64,000 bases of DNA from Eledone cirrhosa (GCA_964016885.1 OZ024743.1:349804001-349868000); one strand, 5' to 3'; numbered from the stretch's first letter, positions 40,851 through 54,547 are shown. Notes: generated by a model from the letters alone, not told the origin. A program made the numbers and translations.

Positions 40851-41499
40851 ATATAAGTAGTATTAATGTTTCTTTTAAGATAGGCGATAGTTGCTTTAGA
40901 ATTTCGCCTATGAAAAGTTTTTCAAATATTTTTTATACGTCTGTTATACATATGATATTATGACAGTCTTCCACACAGTTTTCATCTACCAAATAAACAT
41001 TCTTAAAACATTCATCAACATGAGTCTATGATAGAAGTGACTGATCCAACATATTGCAAATTAAGCTTCTTAACCATAGGCTTTCGCCTACGTGTGTATA
41101 ATTTATGGTATTGTTGATTGTTATCGTTAATATTGTTTAGTTATGATTGGATCACATCATATTCGTATGTAATATAGCATGTGTGAATGTATGTGAGAGT
41201 ATTCGCGTTATAGTGTATGCTTATGCTAGTGTTTGTCTGTGTAATCGTACGTAGGCGTTTTAATTGTGTTTATATTTCTGATAGTACGTTATAATCTGTG
41301 TCGATATGTTAGGTAGCCTGTTTAATAGTAGGTGTTATACTGTGACGTATTTGTAAAAGTGGGTATATGTGATATTGTATGTATGTTATTTATGATATAT
41401 TATATCACGTTACAAAAGTGAGGTGGCTAAATCATTAGAGGGTCGGAGAGAATACCTTGCTTTATTCGTTCTGATTATATGTATTATAACTTGGCATCC

Positions 41500-41716
41500 A
41501 AGGGCGGTGGATTGGCAGTATCGGTAGAGGGTCGGACGTCATGCTTTTCAGCATAGAGTTACGACCCTTTATGATCTCAGTTCAAATACCACCGAGGTTA
41601 AATATGCCTTTCATCCTTACGGGGTCGATACAATAAAGTACCAGTCATGCACTGGGGTCAATTTAATCGACTTTCCCCTCCCCAAAATTGCTGGCCTTGT
41701 GCCTATCTAAGAAACC
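41500..41716 (+). mobile_element. SINE copy (long subfamily); further fragments at ~41410-41460, 41735-41790 and 42064-42150
   Basis: Family match; imperfect TSD ATTATAACTT(G/C)GCATC on both sides. Confidence 0.85.
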
Positions 41717-42299
41717 ATTATAACTTCGCATCGAGTCAAGTTCAACACAGCCTTTGATCCTTAGAGGGTCGATCAAATATAGTACTAGTCAGGGCCGAAT
41801 TGAGGCCTTTGCGGAGTCCCGGAACTTGAGGTTTGGCGGGGCCCCTCATACATTAAAAAAAATTACAAATGACCTGTTGCCACCAGTGGTCAAAAGAGTA
41901 AGTATATGAATACATTCTGTCATTACCACCACAGAAGACCTGTGACCTTTGATTCCAGAATCGGGCCAGATCGATTCAGATCGAACCTTGAGTTGATCAA
42001 AAGCGAAACGCGCGTCGCTACTCAATAAACGTAACGAAGACATAACAATTCTTCCTTTTTATTATTTGCCTTCCATCCTTATGGCGTCGATAAAATAAAG
42101 TAACAGTAATGCACTGAGTAATTGCTGGCCTTGTGCCAAAAGTAAAAATATTATTATTATTATTACAGTTGAATTTATCTCGCTTTATGTTCATATGAGT
42201 TATCACCAAGTCATAACCAGTGACCTCAAGAGACAACAAAGTCCGCCATGTTCAAGAAAGAACATACATACACGCACATGCATCTTTAGGTATTTAGAT

Positions 42300-42695
42300 T
42301 TGTGATGTACTTATATTGACAGAATCTTCCTTAGTATATGGGCAGTTCCCATTAGTACTATCTTTTGTATTTCTCCTATACGCGGGTTTCCTGGGATTTG
42401 CGATAAGTAATCATTAGACCTCAAAGGTATCATTCCTAGAGCGCCTACAACCACTGGTATTGTTTTAGTTCTCAATTTCCACATTTTTCCAATTTCTATC
42501 TCCAAGTCTTTATACTTGCTTAATTTTTCAAATGTTTTTATAGATACATTCTTGCCTATTGTAACGGACATATCAATTAGCAGGCATACCCTCTTTTTAA
42601 AGTCCTTCAGTATTATATCAGGTGTATTTGCATCTAATTTTAGGTCTGTTTAGATGCTAAAGTTCCACAAGATTGAGATGTGATCTTTTTCAAGT
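42300..42695 (-). mobile_element. R4/Dong-type 3' fragment (restriction-like endonuclease)
   Basis: KLSKYKDLEIEI...IPVVVGALG...IQKIVLMGTAHILRK; the 5' junction lies in (TAA)n on its own strand. Confidence 0.8.
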
Positions 42696-42928
42696 ATTAT
42701 TATTATTGTTGGTGAAGCCACGCTTCTTATCGCCTCCAGTTTTTTTTAACGTTTGAAACTCGTTTTCAACCGTTCTAAATCTTTTATTCAAGTTTTAAAT
42801 TTGATGAAAGTTTAGAAGAAGTGACCCACCTAATACAGGGGTTCACTCATAAATAATACGGCACCCCTTTGCGGGGTGTCGTATTTGTATTTGTGTAAAA
42901 ATATTTTTTGAAAGAAAAAAATTTCAAC

Positions 42929-45060
42929 ATGGATAATACAAGAAACAGATAGAGCACTGTCAGACAACACAGAGAGGGGGAGACTTTATCAGCATGTCAA
43001 CAAGACAGCGTTCCAGCGGAGGTAAATATAAACGAAAATATTACAAAGGAAAGGAGGACCAATATCAATTTTAATGATATTGTTACAGATTTAAAATTAC
43101 CAAATATTTCTAACACAAACAACACCAACAATAACACAAACAACAACACCATCGATAACAACAGCAACAACAAAAATAACAGCGGTAGGGTCGAGAACGA
43201 CAATAACAAAAATAACAGCGTTAAGGTCGAGAACGACAATAACAAAAATAACAGCGGTAAGGTCGAGAACGACAATAACACTGACAATAACAACAGCCAC
43301 AACAACAATAATAGTAGGAACAGTATCAACAAAAACAACAATAATAACAACAGCCACAATAACAGTAACAACAGCAACAGTATCAACGAAAACAACAACA
43401 ACACCAACAACAGTACCAACGAAAACATCAACAATGACATCGATACATGTAACAGCGATCTCAGCACCACCAGTAAGACCAGTAGCGGCAGCAATAGTGG
43501 TGCTGCTGAAAAGGGGACCACTTCTTTTGCAGGTGTCGCCCGAAATATCGAGACAGTGTTATTCACAGAGGAGGAGATGGCAGTCGCAAGGGCCATGGTG
43601 ACAAGAAGCGCCAATAGAGTCTCCCTGAAACCTCCACCCAATTTGTTCAAGGACCAGCAGCTACGGACGGTGACTTACCGCATCGTAAGAAAAATCTCAC
43701 ATCGGGTGGAGAGAGCCACGGAGGCTCAAATCCAAAAGGCCTTGGGGTGCGTCTGGGCAAGCAAAACCCACATCACCCGAGGCAGAAAGTACGCCACAGT
43801 AGACGTAATTTTCGCCACCCCCCAAGAAGCGAAGCCTCACTCTTTGGAAACCCTAAAGAGTGAGGAGATAGTCTTGCTGCCCTCCTACTGCGGGCAGAAA
43901 ATTGTGAGGGTCAAAGTGACCCAGGTCCCACCCGACGTGCCCATACCTTGGCTGACCGCGTCTGTTCTTGCTGGAATCGAGGACAGGACGACCATGCTGC
44001 AAGTAGAGAAAATAGGGAGAGAGAACTGGTCAGGTATAGGCATGCAAATGCTTATACAAACTGACCAGGAATGTATCGACGCTATCCCCGATATCATAGA
44101 CGTCGAGGAAAGGCTCCAACTCCCTATAAGCGTAGAAGGAAGACGGCCAAAATGTTATCTCTGTATGTCGAAGGTTCACCTCAGGGCCTTTTGCCCGCAG
44201 AAGACAGCGAAGTAGAAGGCCCCTCTCCTTCCAATACCCGGTCCGCTGCTACCAAGAGCAGGCCAGGCAACAAATGCAGAAGCCCTTTCCACGGTGAGTA
44301 GGAGGGCAACGTCCGTGGAACCCGTACCAAGGCCACGGACAACTAAAGCAGCAGCATCAGTGGCGGCAACACCAAAAGCTACATTTGTAGTAGCTGCACC
44401 AGCAACAAAATTGCCGGGGACGGCTCCACTACCATCACCAACAGCCGTGGAGCACATACCCCTCCCAGACGCCACGGAATCCGACACGGAGTTTAGGCGG
44501 GAGTGAAGTGGCAAACGGTCTGCCACAAAAAACAAAAAACTCAAAACCCCTTAGCTTCGCCCTCCAAAAGCGAAGGCACACAAAGAGGGGTAAAGGCAGC
44601 AAGGAAACGTGCAGCAACACCACCACCATCACCACCACAATCACTACCGCCAATAACAACCACACCACCACCAGCATCACCAAAAACACCAACAAAATAA
44701 AACACACACACCAAACAGCAACAAGAAGAAAACAGCAACAAAATCACCCCTCCCCGCAAAAAGTACACAGCCATAAACCTGACAAAAAAAGCACTCATAC
44801 AATATATAAAGCAGCACACAGACATTACAGAAAAAAACTACTACACCCCACCAACACCAAGAACTCTCCCGACAAACATAAGCATCATTGAAATCTCAAT
44901 AGAACAGTACACACTTTTAAAACAAAAATTCCCCAACGCAGTTGGACACTTCAGAGGGTCGGTTACCAAGAGGATATACACTGACATCCTCTTGGAAACA
45001 CCCATGACCAGCCAAAGGGACTGTTCTACTCTCCCTTCACGACACGATCAAGGTAAGTGA
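42929..45060 (+). pseudogene. Tx1 copy A ORF1 (Asn-rich N-terminus, core, zinc knuckle, Pro/Thr-rich tail)
   Basis: The ATG at 42929 is in frame with ORF 43556-44215. There are premature stops (42950, 44213, 44504) and frameshifts. It aligns with ORF 49316-50794. Confidence 0.8.
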
Positions 45061-45092
45061 CCCTTTCTCACTTTCCCCGTTTCTCACCCAAC

Positions 45093-48000
45093 ATGTCCGT
45101 ACTCAGAATAGGCAGTATATGGCCTGGGGTCATCTTGGAAGCAGGGTCACCTGCTCAACGAACTCGGGTCACTAAACATAGATGTGGTGGCCATCAGCGA
45201 GACCAGAATCTCCGAACCACAAGCCTTCGCATCGATGTTCGGCGGCTACGATGTATACACATTTCCCAGCCGTCCAGGATCTGTGGGAGGGGTTGCCGTC
45301 ATTTTTCGGAGAGGCCTGGATCTCGCCATACGGGCCATCTTCCTAGACCCAGAAGGTAAGTCGGTGGTGCTGGACGTGACCGGCAGCGAAGGCAATGCTT
45401 TCAGGCTAGTAGCCGTACGCCCCAACAGGAGCAGGACGGCCAGATTTCTTTAGACGTCTAGAGACCTTTCTTGGAACGTCCCGCTCTTTAGTGTTAGTGG
45501 GCGACTGGAACGGTATCTTAGATGCACGCTGGGATTGTGTGGGGATAGTGGATAGGGGAGGAGGGTGCAAGAGCCTCACCAACCTGCTCAGACGTTTTGA
45601 ACTGTCTGACAGGTACCGACTGGGTCACTCGAATGTGCCAATGTGGACATGGACAAACCGCATCGGGTCATCCAGATCGTATCTCGATAGTGTATTCTGC
45701 AGGGAACTAGATAAGGCTAGTATAAGTTGTCCACAATTTAAAATAGTCGACTACACAGACCACAAATTTGTGATCTGTGAGATCGACATAGACAGACTTC
45801 ATAGACAAGAACCCGGTTACTGGAAGATGAACGCGTCTTTCCCGGCGCACAAAGCCTACAGAGACCGGATTAACGTTTTAGTTAAGCCGGCGTTGACGGG
45901 AGCGGTCGTCAACAACTGGTGGTGGTTCCCCCTGAAAAGAGCAATTAAAGTAGAGTCGATTAGGTTTAGCAAAGGAGTAGTGATAGAGGAAAATAGTGTA
46001 GAGGCAGAGCTACTCAGAAAGCTAGAAGAAGCGTTTAGGACAGGCATCGCAACCGACCAATTCTTCAACGGAAAAAACGAAGGCCGCGTTGTCAGAGCAA
46101 GAGCGCGTGCCCTGAAACCCGAGGGGACAAAAGCTGTCCAATGGGCCCGGGTGTCAGAGGCGCGACGTGGAAACAAAGCCACAATTCGGTCTTTATCTGA
46201 ACAAAACGGGCGCCTGTTGCTCGAACCCGAGCAGATGTGTGAAGCTTTTCAGCAGCACTTTGCTGAACTGTTCAGGAGCAGCGGCGGGCCGGATCAGGGT
46301 ATGGACTTCAGTGCATACATCGACTGACTGCCTCGGCTCTCGACGACCGCAACACAGTGTTGCAAAAAAACAATAAAAGCCGGTGAAATACGGGAAGCGA
46401 TGGCTAACTGCACGAGAGGTAAATCGCCAGGTTTGGATGGTCTGCTCTACGAGCTTTATGCATTCATGCCACCCTTGTTCGGTGACCTCTTGGTGGACGT
46501 CTACTGCAACTAGCAGCATAACGGGACCACAACCAGTTTTGTGAGCCGGGGAGCGGTGGCGCTGCTGAGGAAAGACCCGAACAATGGGGATGTTATCGAT
46601 AACTTCAGGCCCATAACCCTGCTAAACGCAGAGTTCAAGATTTTGGCCAAGGTGTTAGCAACGAGGTTAGGGCTTGTCGTCAAGGGTCTGTGGGAGAAGC
46701 GCAGATATGCGCCATTCCGGACAGATCCATACACGACAACCTCCACCTCATGCGATACATCATAGAGAGGGTGGTTAAGGAACTGGCACGAGTGAGGCCC
46801 TTATCAACTTGGATCAATCCAAAGCATTCGATAGGGTCGAAAATCGGTACCGAGGCAGCCGGTTTCAGGCCCGTTTTCAGGGGTGGGATCGCTGCGATGT
46901 ACAGCGACATCAGCTCAGTTGTAAGCGTGAAAGGTCACCTGTCGCAGCCGTTCAGCATCATACGCTCGATCCGCCAGGGTTGTTCCCTCTCGTCCCTCTT
47001 GTAGGTATTGGCTCTCGAGCCGTTACTGCACAAACTGGGGGCGATAAGGGGAGTCCCACGCGAACTTGGATGCGGGAAATCTGAATCGGCTTACGCCGAC
47101 GACGTCATCGTGGTGGTGTCGAGCACCAGACACGTCCAGATGCTCGGCACCGCTCTCAAGCAATACGAAGTGGTGACAGGAGCAAAGATAAACCAGGAAA
47201 AGTCGGTGGATTTGCAGCTCGGCACCTGGAGAGGCAAGTCCATGCCGTCCGACAGCGTCGCGGGGCGTTGGACGGACGGACCGGTTAAATTGCTCGGCAT
47301 CTGGTTCGGACCGAACCTCCAGATGGAGAAAGACTGGAGCGAGGTGACGAGCGAGTTGGCCTCCCTCACCCAGAAATGGGCCAATAGGAAGCTGTCCCTG
47401 AAAGGCCGGGCGGATGTGGCGAATGCGTACATCGCATCCATCATCTGCTACCGCCTCACCATCGTCAATTGCTCAGGCCCAACTCTCACCAAATGGAGCG
47501 CCTCCTCTTCCGCTTTTTTGTGGAAACGACGCGCTCCCATAGTCAGACGATCCATCTGCTGCCAACACCCGTTGCGTGGAGGACTGGGCATGCCATGGCT
47601 GATGTTGCGCAAACATGCGCTGAGGCTGCGACATCTCTGGTGCTTCCTTGACGGTGAACAGGTGTGGCCGCCGTTCGCCAGGCACGTTTTCCCACAGCTC
47701 GTCTCCATGACGGAGCTGCAGTCCTGGGTCAGAAAAAGACTGAGGGATAGCGCTTGGAAATTGGAGTGTCTCCAGGCGCTCACTGCCCTCTGCCAGCTGG
47801 GCACCAGTATCGGTGGAACATCCACCTCGGCGTTCTATAGAGGACTAGTGGAGGCGAAGAGCGACAACGTTCTCGGAGATATCCTGGGCGTCGAAGAAGA
47901 TCAGCTGTTTGCTCTCTTCCGGAGAACTTTCAGCCCAGGGCCTATGTATAACTTTCAAAAAATCCCTGGCCTGGCAGTGCTACCGGGAAGCGTTGCCGGT

Positions 48001-48460
48001 TCGAGATAAGCTCTACAGGCACGGAAGTGCCGTCAGCCGAGCCTGTCCGAGATGCGCGCAGAGCGATGAAAGCGTCGTGCACGCACTCGTTCAGTGCCCG
48101 ATCATTGCTGACTTGTGGATCTATGTCGAACAGTTGCTGTCGCGTGTGGGACTGATCCGGTTGTCGACTGAGTCCATTGTGCAGATGGTCTCGCCGTCTT
48201 CCTTCGAGGAGGAAGGGCAGGCGGTTTTCATCTGCCTGGTGGCCATGGCGAAAGAGATTGTGTGGTGGACAAGGTTGAAAGGGTTAAAGACAGATACTTT
48301 CCTCTTCGGCGAATCCCTAATTAACTTTTTCAAGTTTCACTTGAAGAGGAAAATAAGGGTGGATAGGCAAGTGCTGCCTTCTAGCAAGTCTGTTGAAAGG
48401 TGGGTGAATGTAGCGAGAATGGTCCGAATGAACGGGACCGCTCTGAATATACGCCTGTAG
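45093..48460 (+). pseudogene. Tx1 copy A ORF2 (APE endonuclease-RT-zinc finger)
   Basis: VAISETR, VGDWN, YTDHK, GYWKMN, NFRPITLLN, DQSKAFDRV, RQGC, AYADD and CPRC...HALVQC; several frameshifts. Confidence 0.9.
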
Positions 48461-49315
48461 TTTGTGAAATGTAAAAATTGAGAGAGGGCGCTTGCCCTGG
48501 TGGTCAGGGCGGCCGTGGTGTTTTGTGTGGTTTTCGCCACGAGTAATCCTCGGAGGTTTCCCCCCTATTGGGGAATATTTCATTGTTTCAATTTTCATTT
48601 TTATTGTTTATATATATGTTTCTGTCTTTTTCTTTTTCTTTTCTTATATAAATAATAAAAATCTTTACACGCACAAATCCCACATCGAACCGTCCTATAC
48701 CGTCCTGTGCCGTCTGTAATTTTTTTCTTGATGTCAGCCCTTGTGGCCAATAAAGAAATCATTATTATTATCATTATTATTATTATTATTGAATGCCATG
48801 GTTGACGGAGGCTCGGCTCTGTAAGGTATAGTAAATTTTAACCGCTATAACAATTGTAAATTGTTTAAAACTTTAACCAGATTGTAGACAAAAACACCCT
48901 CCTCCTCGTAAGAGGGGTCTTTCTGTCCGTTATTTGGCCCTTCGGGGTTAAATAACCGCTTATTGTGTTTTGTGCTCAATATTTATTTTAAACCAAAAAA
49001 AAACTTGGCTACAAAAAAGAATTTTCATAGGTCACTCCCACTCATTCCGTCTTCTTCTTCCTCAATCGTCACTACACCAGAGAGAAGATTGTCTCTCTCC
49101 CTCCATTCTCTAAATATGTCTCTCTCCCTCCATTCTCTAAATATGTCTCTCTCCCTCCCTTCTCTTTCGCAAGCGACGCCAGTAAAGAAAAAGAAAATTA
49201 TAGTTTGTGATAGTTTCCAAGATCACGTGCAAAACGTGGAACATTTCTCCACGACGACGACAACGACGAAAAATGTGTGCGGTAAATACGGAAACCCATT
49301 TCATTCTCTGACGTC

Positions 49316-51141
49316 ATGAATAATAGCAGTAGCAGCCGTAATAACAGCAGCAGCAGCAACAGCGACAAGAAAAACAACAGTAGCAGCCGCAACAGCATCA
49401 GCAGCAGCATAAACAACAACAGTATTAGCAGCAACAACAACAGCAACAGCAGCAACAACAACAACCACAGCAACAGCGGCGGCGGCAGTCGTAGTACCAG
49501 CAGCCATAACAAAAGTAACAGCAGCTCTGACGACAACAACAACAACAACGACAAAGAAAAACCAATCTCGTTTGCAGGTATCGCAAAGAACCTGGAAACC
49601 ATCCTTATAACAAATGAGGAATTACAGGAAGCAAAGAAGATGGTGACGAAAACCGGACACCAAGCAATCTGCAAGGCAGCCGAAAAATGTTTCGAAACCC
49701 AACAGCACTGTACAGTAAGCACAAAACCCCGTAGGGTTGAAAGAGCCACAAAGGCTCAAATACAAAAAGCCTTAGGGTCTGTGTGGCAGCGGAAAACGCA
49801 TATCACCCGAGGCAAGAAATATGCCACCGTGGACGTGCTTTTTGCCACACCCCAGGAGGCAAAGGCTCAATCCTTAGTGACCCTAAGGAGCGAGGAAATG
49901 GTGTTGGTGCCCTCCTACTGTGGACAAAAAATTGTGAGGGTGAAACTGACCCACGGCCCCCTGGCGTCTGTCCTCGTCGGAATTGAGGACAAAACAACTG
50001 TACTGCAAGTACAGAAAAAAGTACGAGAAGACTGGGTCGGCACCTCCATTGAGATGTTAATCCAAACCAACCAGGAGTGCATCGAAGCTATCCCGGATGT
50101 GATAGACTTCGATAACGGCACTCAACTGCCCATAAGTGTTGAGGGCAAGCACCCGAAATGCTTTCGCTGTGGATCGAAGACTCACCTCAGGGCCTTCTGC
50201 AATGAGAAGACCCTGAGAAAGGAGAAAACCCCCCTCCTTCCGAAACCGGCTCCACTGCTACCAGCAACAGGACAGGCAGCAACCAGGAAGGATAAGTCCG
50301 TGGCACCCATACCCACGCCACGGAATTCAAGAACAGCAGCAGCAGTGGAAGTATTAACAGCAACAACAGCAATACCAACTGCAGCTGCAACAGAGACTCC
50401 ACTGCAAACATCACCAACAACAACAAATGAAAGAGTGGAGCTGGTACCCCTCCCCGACCTCACAGAATCGGACATGGAGTGTGAGGTGGGGAGGGATGGC
50501 AAAAGGTCGCAAGAAGGCACAAACGCAGAAGCAGCGCATCGTCGCCTTCGAAAAGGGAGGAAAGAAATAAAAAAAAGGGTAAAGGCTACTGCAAAGAGAC
50601 TTACAGCAGCAACACCACCAACATTATCACCACCCACACTCGCACCACCATCACCACCGGCGGCAACCCCAACGCAAACAACAACACCTTCAACACCACC
50701 ACCACAAGCACCAACATCGCAAACACAACAACAAAACACACACACCCTGCAACAACGACAAGAAATAGCAGAACCACACCCCACCCCCAGGTAAACAAAT
50801 GCACAGCAATAAATACACACAACAAGAAACTAATGACTTACATAATTGAACACACCGACATTTCACAGCACGACTACATAATACCAGCAGAAATCAAAAC
50901 ACCAACGAACATAAGACTGGTAAGAATAGCCCAGAAGCAATACACAAACATTAAAACGAAATTCCTCAACGCAGTTGATGATTTCAGAGACCAAGGAGGG
51001 ACACTCAACCGGAGAATATATTCGGACATACTCACAGAAGAGCCGACGACCAGCCGAAGGGACGATTCAACGGTCCCTTCACCAGACGATCAAGTGAAAA
51101 GGGATGGAGAAACCATCCTTCCTCTACGAAAAGTAAGGTAA
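49316..51141 (+). pseudogene. Tx1 copy B ORF1
   Basis: 492-aa ORF with an Asn/Ser-rich N-terminus and a CFRCGSKTHLRAFC knuckle. The C-terminal part continues in another frame (50833-51141). Confidence 0.85.
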
Positions 51142-51175
51142 GTGGTCTTTCCCAACTTTTCCACTCCATTTCAAC

Positions 51176-54100
51176 ATGACCTCACTCAGAATAGGCAGCA
51201 TAAATGCGCGTGGCTTGGGGTCGTCATGGAAGCAGGGCCACCTGCTCAACGACCTCAGGTTACTAAACATAGATGTAGTGGCCATCAGCGAGACCAGAAT
51301 CTCCGAAGCACGGGCCTTCGCACCGATCTTCGGCGGCTACGATGTGTACGCATCTCCCAGCCGTCCTGGATCGGAGGGAGGAGTTGCTGTGCTTTTTCGG
51401 AGAGGTTTGGATCTCGCCATACGGGCTATCTTCCTGGACCCAAAAGGTAAGTAGTTGGTGTTGGACGTGACCAGCGGAGAAGGGCAAGCTTTCAGGCTAG
51501 TGGCCGTCTATGCCCCGAGAGGAGCAGGGCGGCCTGATTTCTACCGGCGTCTGGAGACCTTTCTAGGAACGTCGCACTCTTTAGTGTTAGTGGGCGACTG
51601 GAACGGGATCTTAGATGCACGCTGGGACTGTGTTGGATTAGCGGATAAGGGAGGAGGGTGCAAGGGCCTCACCAACCTGCTCAGGCGTTTTGAACTGTCT
51701 GACAGGTACCGATTGGATTTCCCGAATGTGCCAATGTGGGCTTGGACAAATCGCATAGGGTCATCCAGATCATATCTAGATAGAGTATTTTGTAAGGAAA
51801 TAGATAGGTCTAGCATAAGCTGTCCACAATTCAAGATAGTCAGCTACACGGACCACAAATTTGTGATCTGTGTGCTTGACTCAGATAAGCTTCATAGACG
51901 AGGACCCGGCTACTGGAAGCTAAACGCGTCCTTACCAGCGCGCAAGGCCTACAGAGACCGGATTAGCGAACTAGTTAAGCGAGCGTTGACGGGGGCCATC
52001 GTCAACAAGTGGTGGTTTGCTCTGAAAAGAGCGATTAGAATAGAGTCCATTAGGTTTAGTAAGGCTTTAGTTATAGAAAAAAATAGAGCAAAGGGAGAAC
52101 TAGTTACAAAATTAGACGAGGCGCTTAGAAAAGGCATCGCGACCGACGTACTTGCGGCGAAATTGGCCCTTGACCAATTCTTCAATGCAAAGCACGAAGG
52201 ATGCGTTGTCAGAGCTAGGGTGCGTGCTCTCAGTCACGAGGGGACGAAGGCCGTTCAATGGGCCCGAGTGGCGGAGGCGCGTCGTGGCAACAAAGCCACG
52301 ATCCGGTCTTTGGTGGACCACGACGGGCGCATGCTACTCGATCCCGGGCAAATGTGTGAAGCTTTTCAGCGACACTTCGCTCAAATGTTCGGGGGCAGCT
52401 GCGCGCCGGATCGGGGGAAGGACTTTAGTGTATACCTCGACGGACGGCCGCGGCCCTCGGCCACTGAGGTGGAGTGTTGCGAAAAGCCGATAACAGCCGC
52501 TGAAGTACGAGAGGCAATGACTGGCTGCACAAGGGGTAAATCGCCTGGTTTGGATGATCTGCCCTATGAACTTTACGTACAAATGCCAGACTTGTTCGGA
52601 GGCCTCTTGGCGGACGTCTACTGCAAACGGCAACAGAACCGGATAATTCCCAGCTCTGTGAGCCGAGGAGCGGTGGCGCTGCTAAGAAAGGATCCGAACA
52701 AGGGGGATAACATAGATAATTTCAGGCCCATAACTCTGCTAAATACAGTGTTCAAGATTTTGGCCAAGGTGCTAGCAAAGAGGTTGGCGCTTGTCGTTGG
52801 TGGTCTGGTCGGAGAGGCGCAGACATACGCCATTCCCGACAGATCCATCCACGACAACCTCCACCTCATGCGATACATCGTAGAGAGGGTAGCTAGGGAA
52901 CCTAGCATGGGTGTGTCCCTGATCAATTTAGATCAGTCGAAAGATTTCGATAGGGTCGACCATCGTTACCTAGCGGCAGTCCTGAGGGCGGCTGGCTTTG
53001 GGCTCGTCTTCAGAGGCTGGATCGCTGCCATGCACAGCGACATCTGCTCTGTGGTGAGAGTGAACGGTCACCTTTCGGAACCGTTCAACATCATGCGCTC
53101 CGTCCGCCAAGGATGTCCCCCCTCGTCCCTCTTGTACGTATTGACTCTCTAGGCATTACTACACAAACTGGAGACGTTGAGGGGCGTCCCGCGCGAACTA
53201 AGATGCGGAAGATCCGTGTCAGCATATGCGGACGATGTCACCGTAGTGGTGTCGAACGCCAAACACATCGAGGCGATCGGCACTTCACTAAGAGAATACG
53301 AAGCGGTGACAGGAGCAATGATCAACCAGGAAAAGTCAGTGGGCTTGCAGCTCGGTACCTGGAGAGGCAGGTCCATGCCGTCCAACTGCGTCGTCGGGCA
53401 CTGGACGGACGGACCGGTTTAATTGCTAGGGGTCTGGTTCGGTCCGGACCTCCAGACGGACAAAATCTGGGACAAGGTGACGAGCAGGGTGGCTTCTCTC
53501 ACCCAGAAATGGGCCGAGAGGAAGCTATCCCTGAAAGGTCGAGCGGAGGTGGCTAACGCGTACATCGCGTCCGTCATCTACTACCGCCTGACCGTCGTAC
53601 CTTGTCCTAATCCGCGCCTGACTGCGCTGGAGCGTTTGCTCTTTCGCTTTTTGTGGAAGGGACGCGCTCCGATGGTCAGCCGGTCCATCTGCTGTCAACA
53701 CCCGCTACGTGGAGGGCTGGGCATGCCGTGGCTGATGATGCGCAGACACGCGCTCAGGCTGCGACATCTCCACCTCTTCCTCGACGGTGATCAGGTGTGG
53801 TCGCCGTTTGCTAGACACGTCTTTCCCCAGCTCGTCTCCTTGACGGAGCTGCAGTCCTGGGTCAAGCGAAGACCGAGAGGGAGCGCTTGGAGACTGGAAT
53901 GTCTTCAGGTGCTCACAACCCTCGACCAATCGGGCAATGTGATCGGTGGAAACTCCACCTTGGCGTTCTATAGAGGATTAGTGGATGGGAAGAGCGACGA
54001 CGTACTTGGAGAAACTCTAGGCGTCGACGAAAATCAACTAGCCAATCTCTTCGGACGGACTTTCGGGCCGGGGCCTATGGACAATTTCCAGAAATCCCTG

Positions 54101-54547
54101 GCCTGACAGTGCTACCGGGGAGCTTTGCCAGTTCGGGATAAACTCTACAGGCATGGAGGTGCCGTCAGCCGGGCATGTCCGAGATGCGCGCAGGGCGATG
54201 AAACCGTCCTGCACGCACTCGTCCAGTGTCCGAGCATTGCTGACTTGTGGGCTTATGTCGAACACCTGCTGTCATGTGTAGGACGGATCCGGCTATCAGC
54301 TGAGTCCATAGTGAGGATTGCCCCGCCCTCTGCCTTTAGCCGGGAAGGGCAGGCAGTTTTTATCTGTCTGGTGGCCATGGCGAAAGAGATAGTATGGTGG
54401 ACACGTTTGAAAGGGCTGAAGACGAGCACTTACCTCTTCGGTGATGCCCTGATTAACTTTTTCAAATTTCATTTGAAAAGGAAAATCAGGGTAGAGAGGG
54501 AAGTGCTCTCTTCCCAGCATTTTGTTGAAAGATGGGTGTGTCTGTAA
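51176..54547 (+). pseudogene. Tx1 copy B ORF2 (APE-RT-zf); frame intact but with four nonsense codons
   Basis: ORFs at 51176, 51455, 53177, 53423 and 54125 are all in one frame, separated by stops at 51452, 53150, 53420 and 54104. Confidence 0.92.

Larger units (their letters stand above)
42708..48759 (+). mobile_element. L1/Tx1-clade LINE, copy A (near full length, decayed)
   Basis: ORF1 with a CCHC knuckle (CYLCMSKVHLRAFC), ORF2 with APE-RT-CCHC, AATAAA at 48749-48754, and (ATT)n at both ends. Confidence 0.92.

Noticed and set aside
41790-41850. CAGGGCCG... GC-rich segment resembling a hAT/MITE terminus
   Set aside because: No matching second terminal inverted repeat or TSD was found.
42997-43650. 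Leu-rich membrane-like ORFs on the minus strand (also 49198-49749)
   Set aside because: They are antisense shadows of the AAC/AGC-rich ORF1 tracts.
51176-54547. Four in-frame stops in an otherwise intact ORF2 as possible recoding or selenocysteine
   Set aside because: The stops are of mixed type (TAG, TAG, TAA, TGA), and copy A has sense codons one substitution away (TCG, GAG, AAA, TGG). This is ordinary decay.
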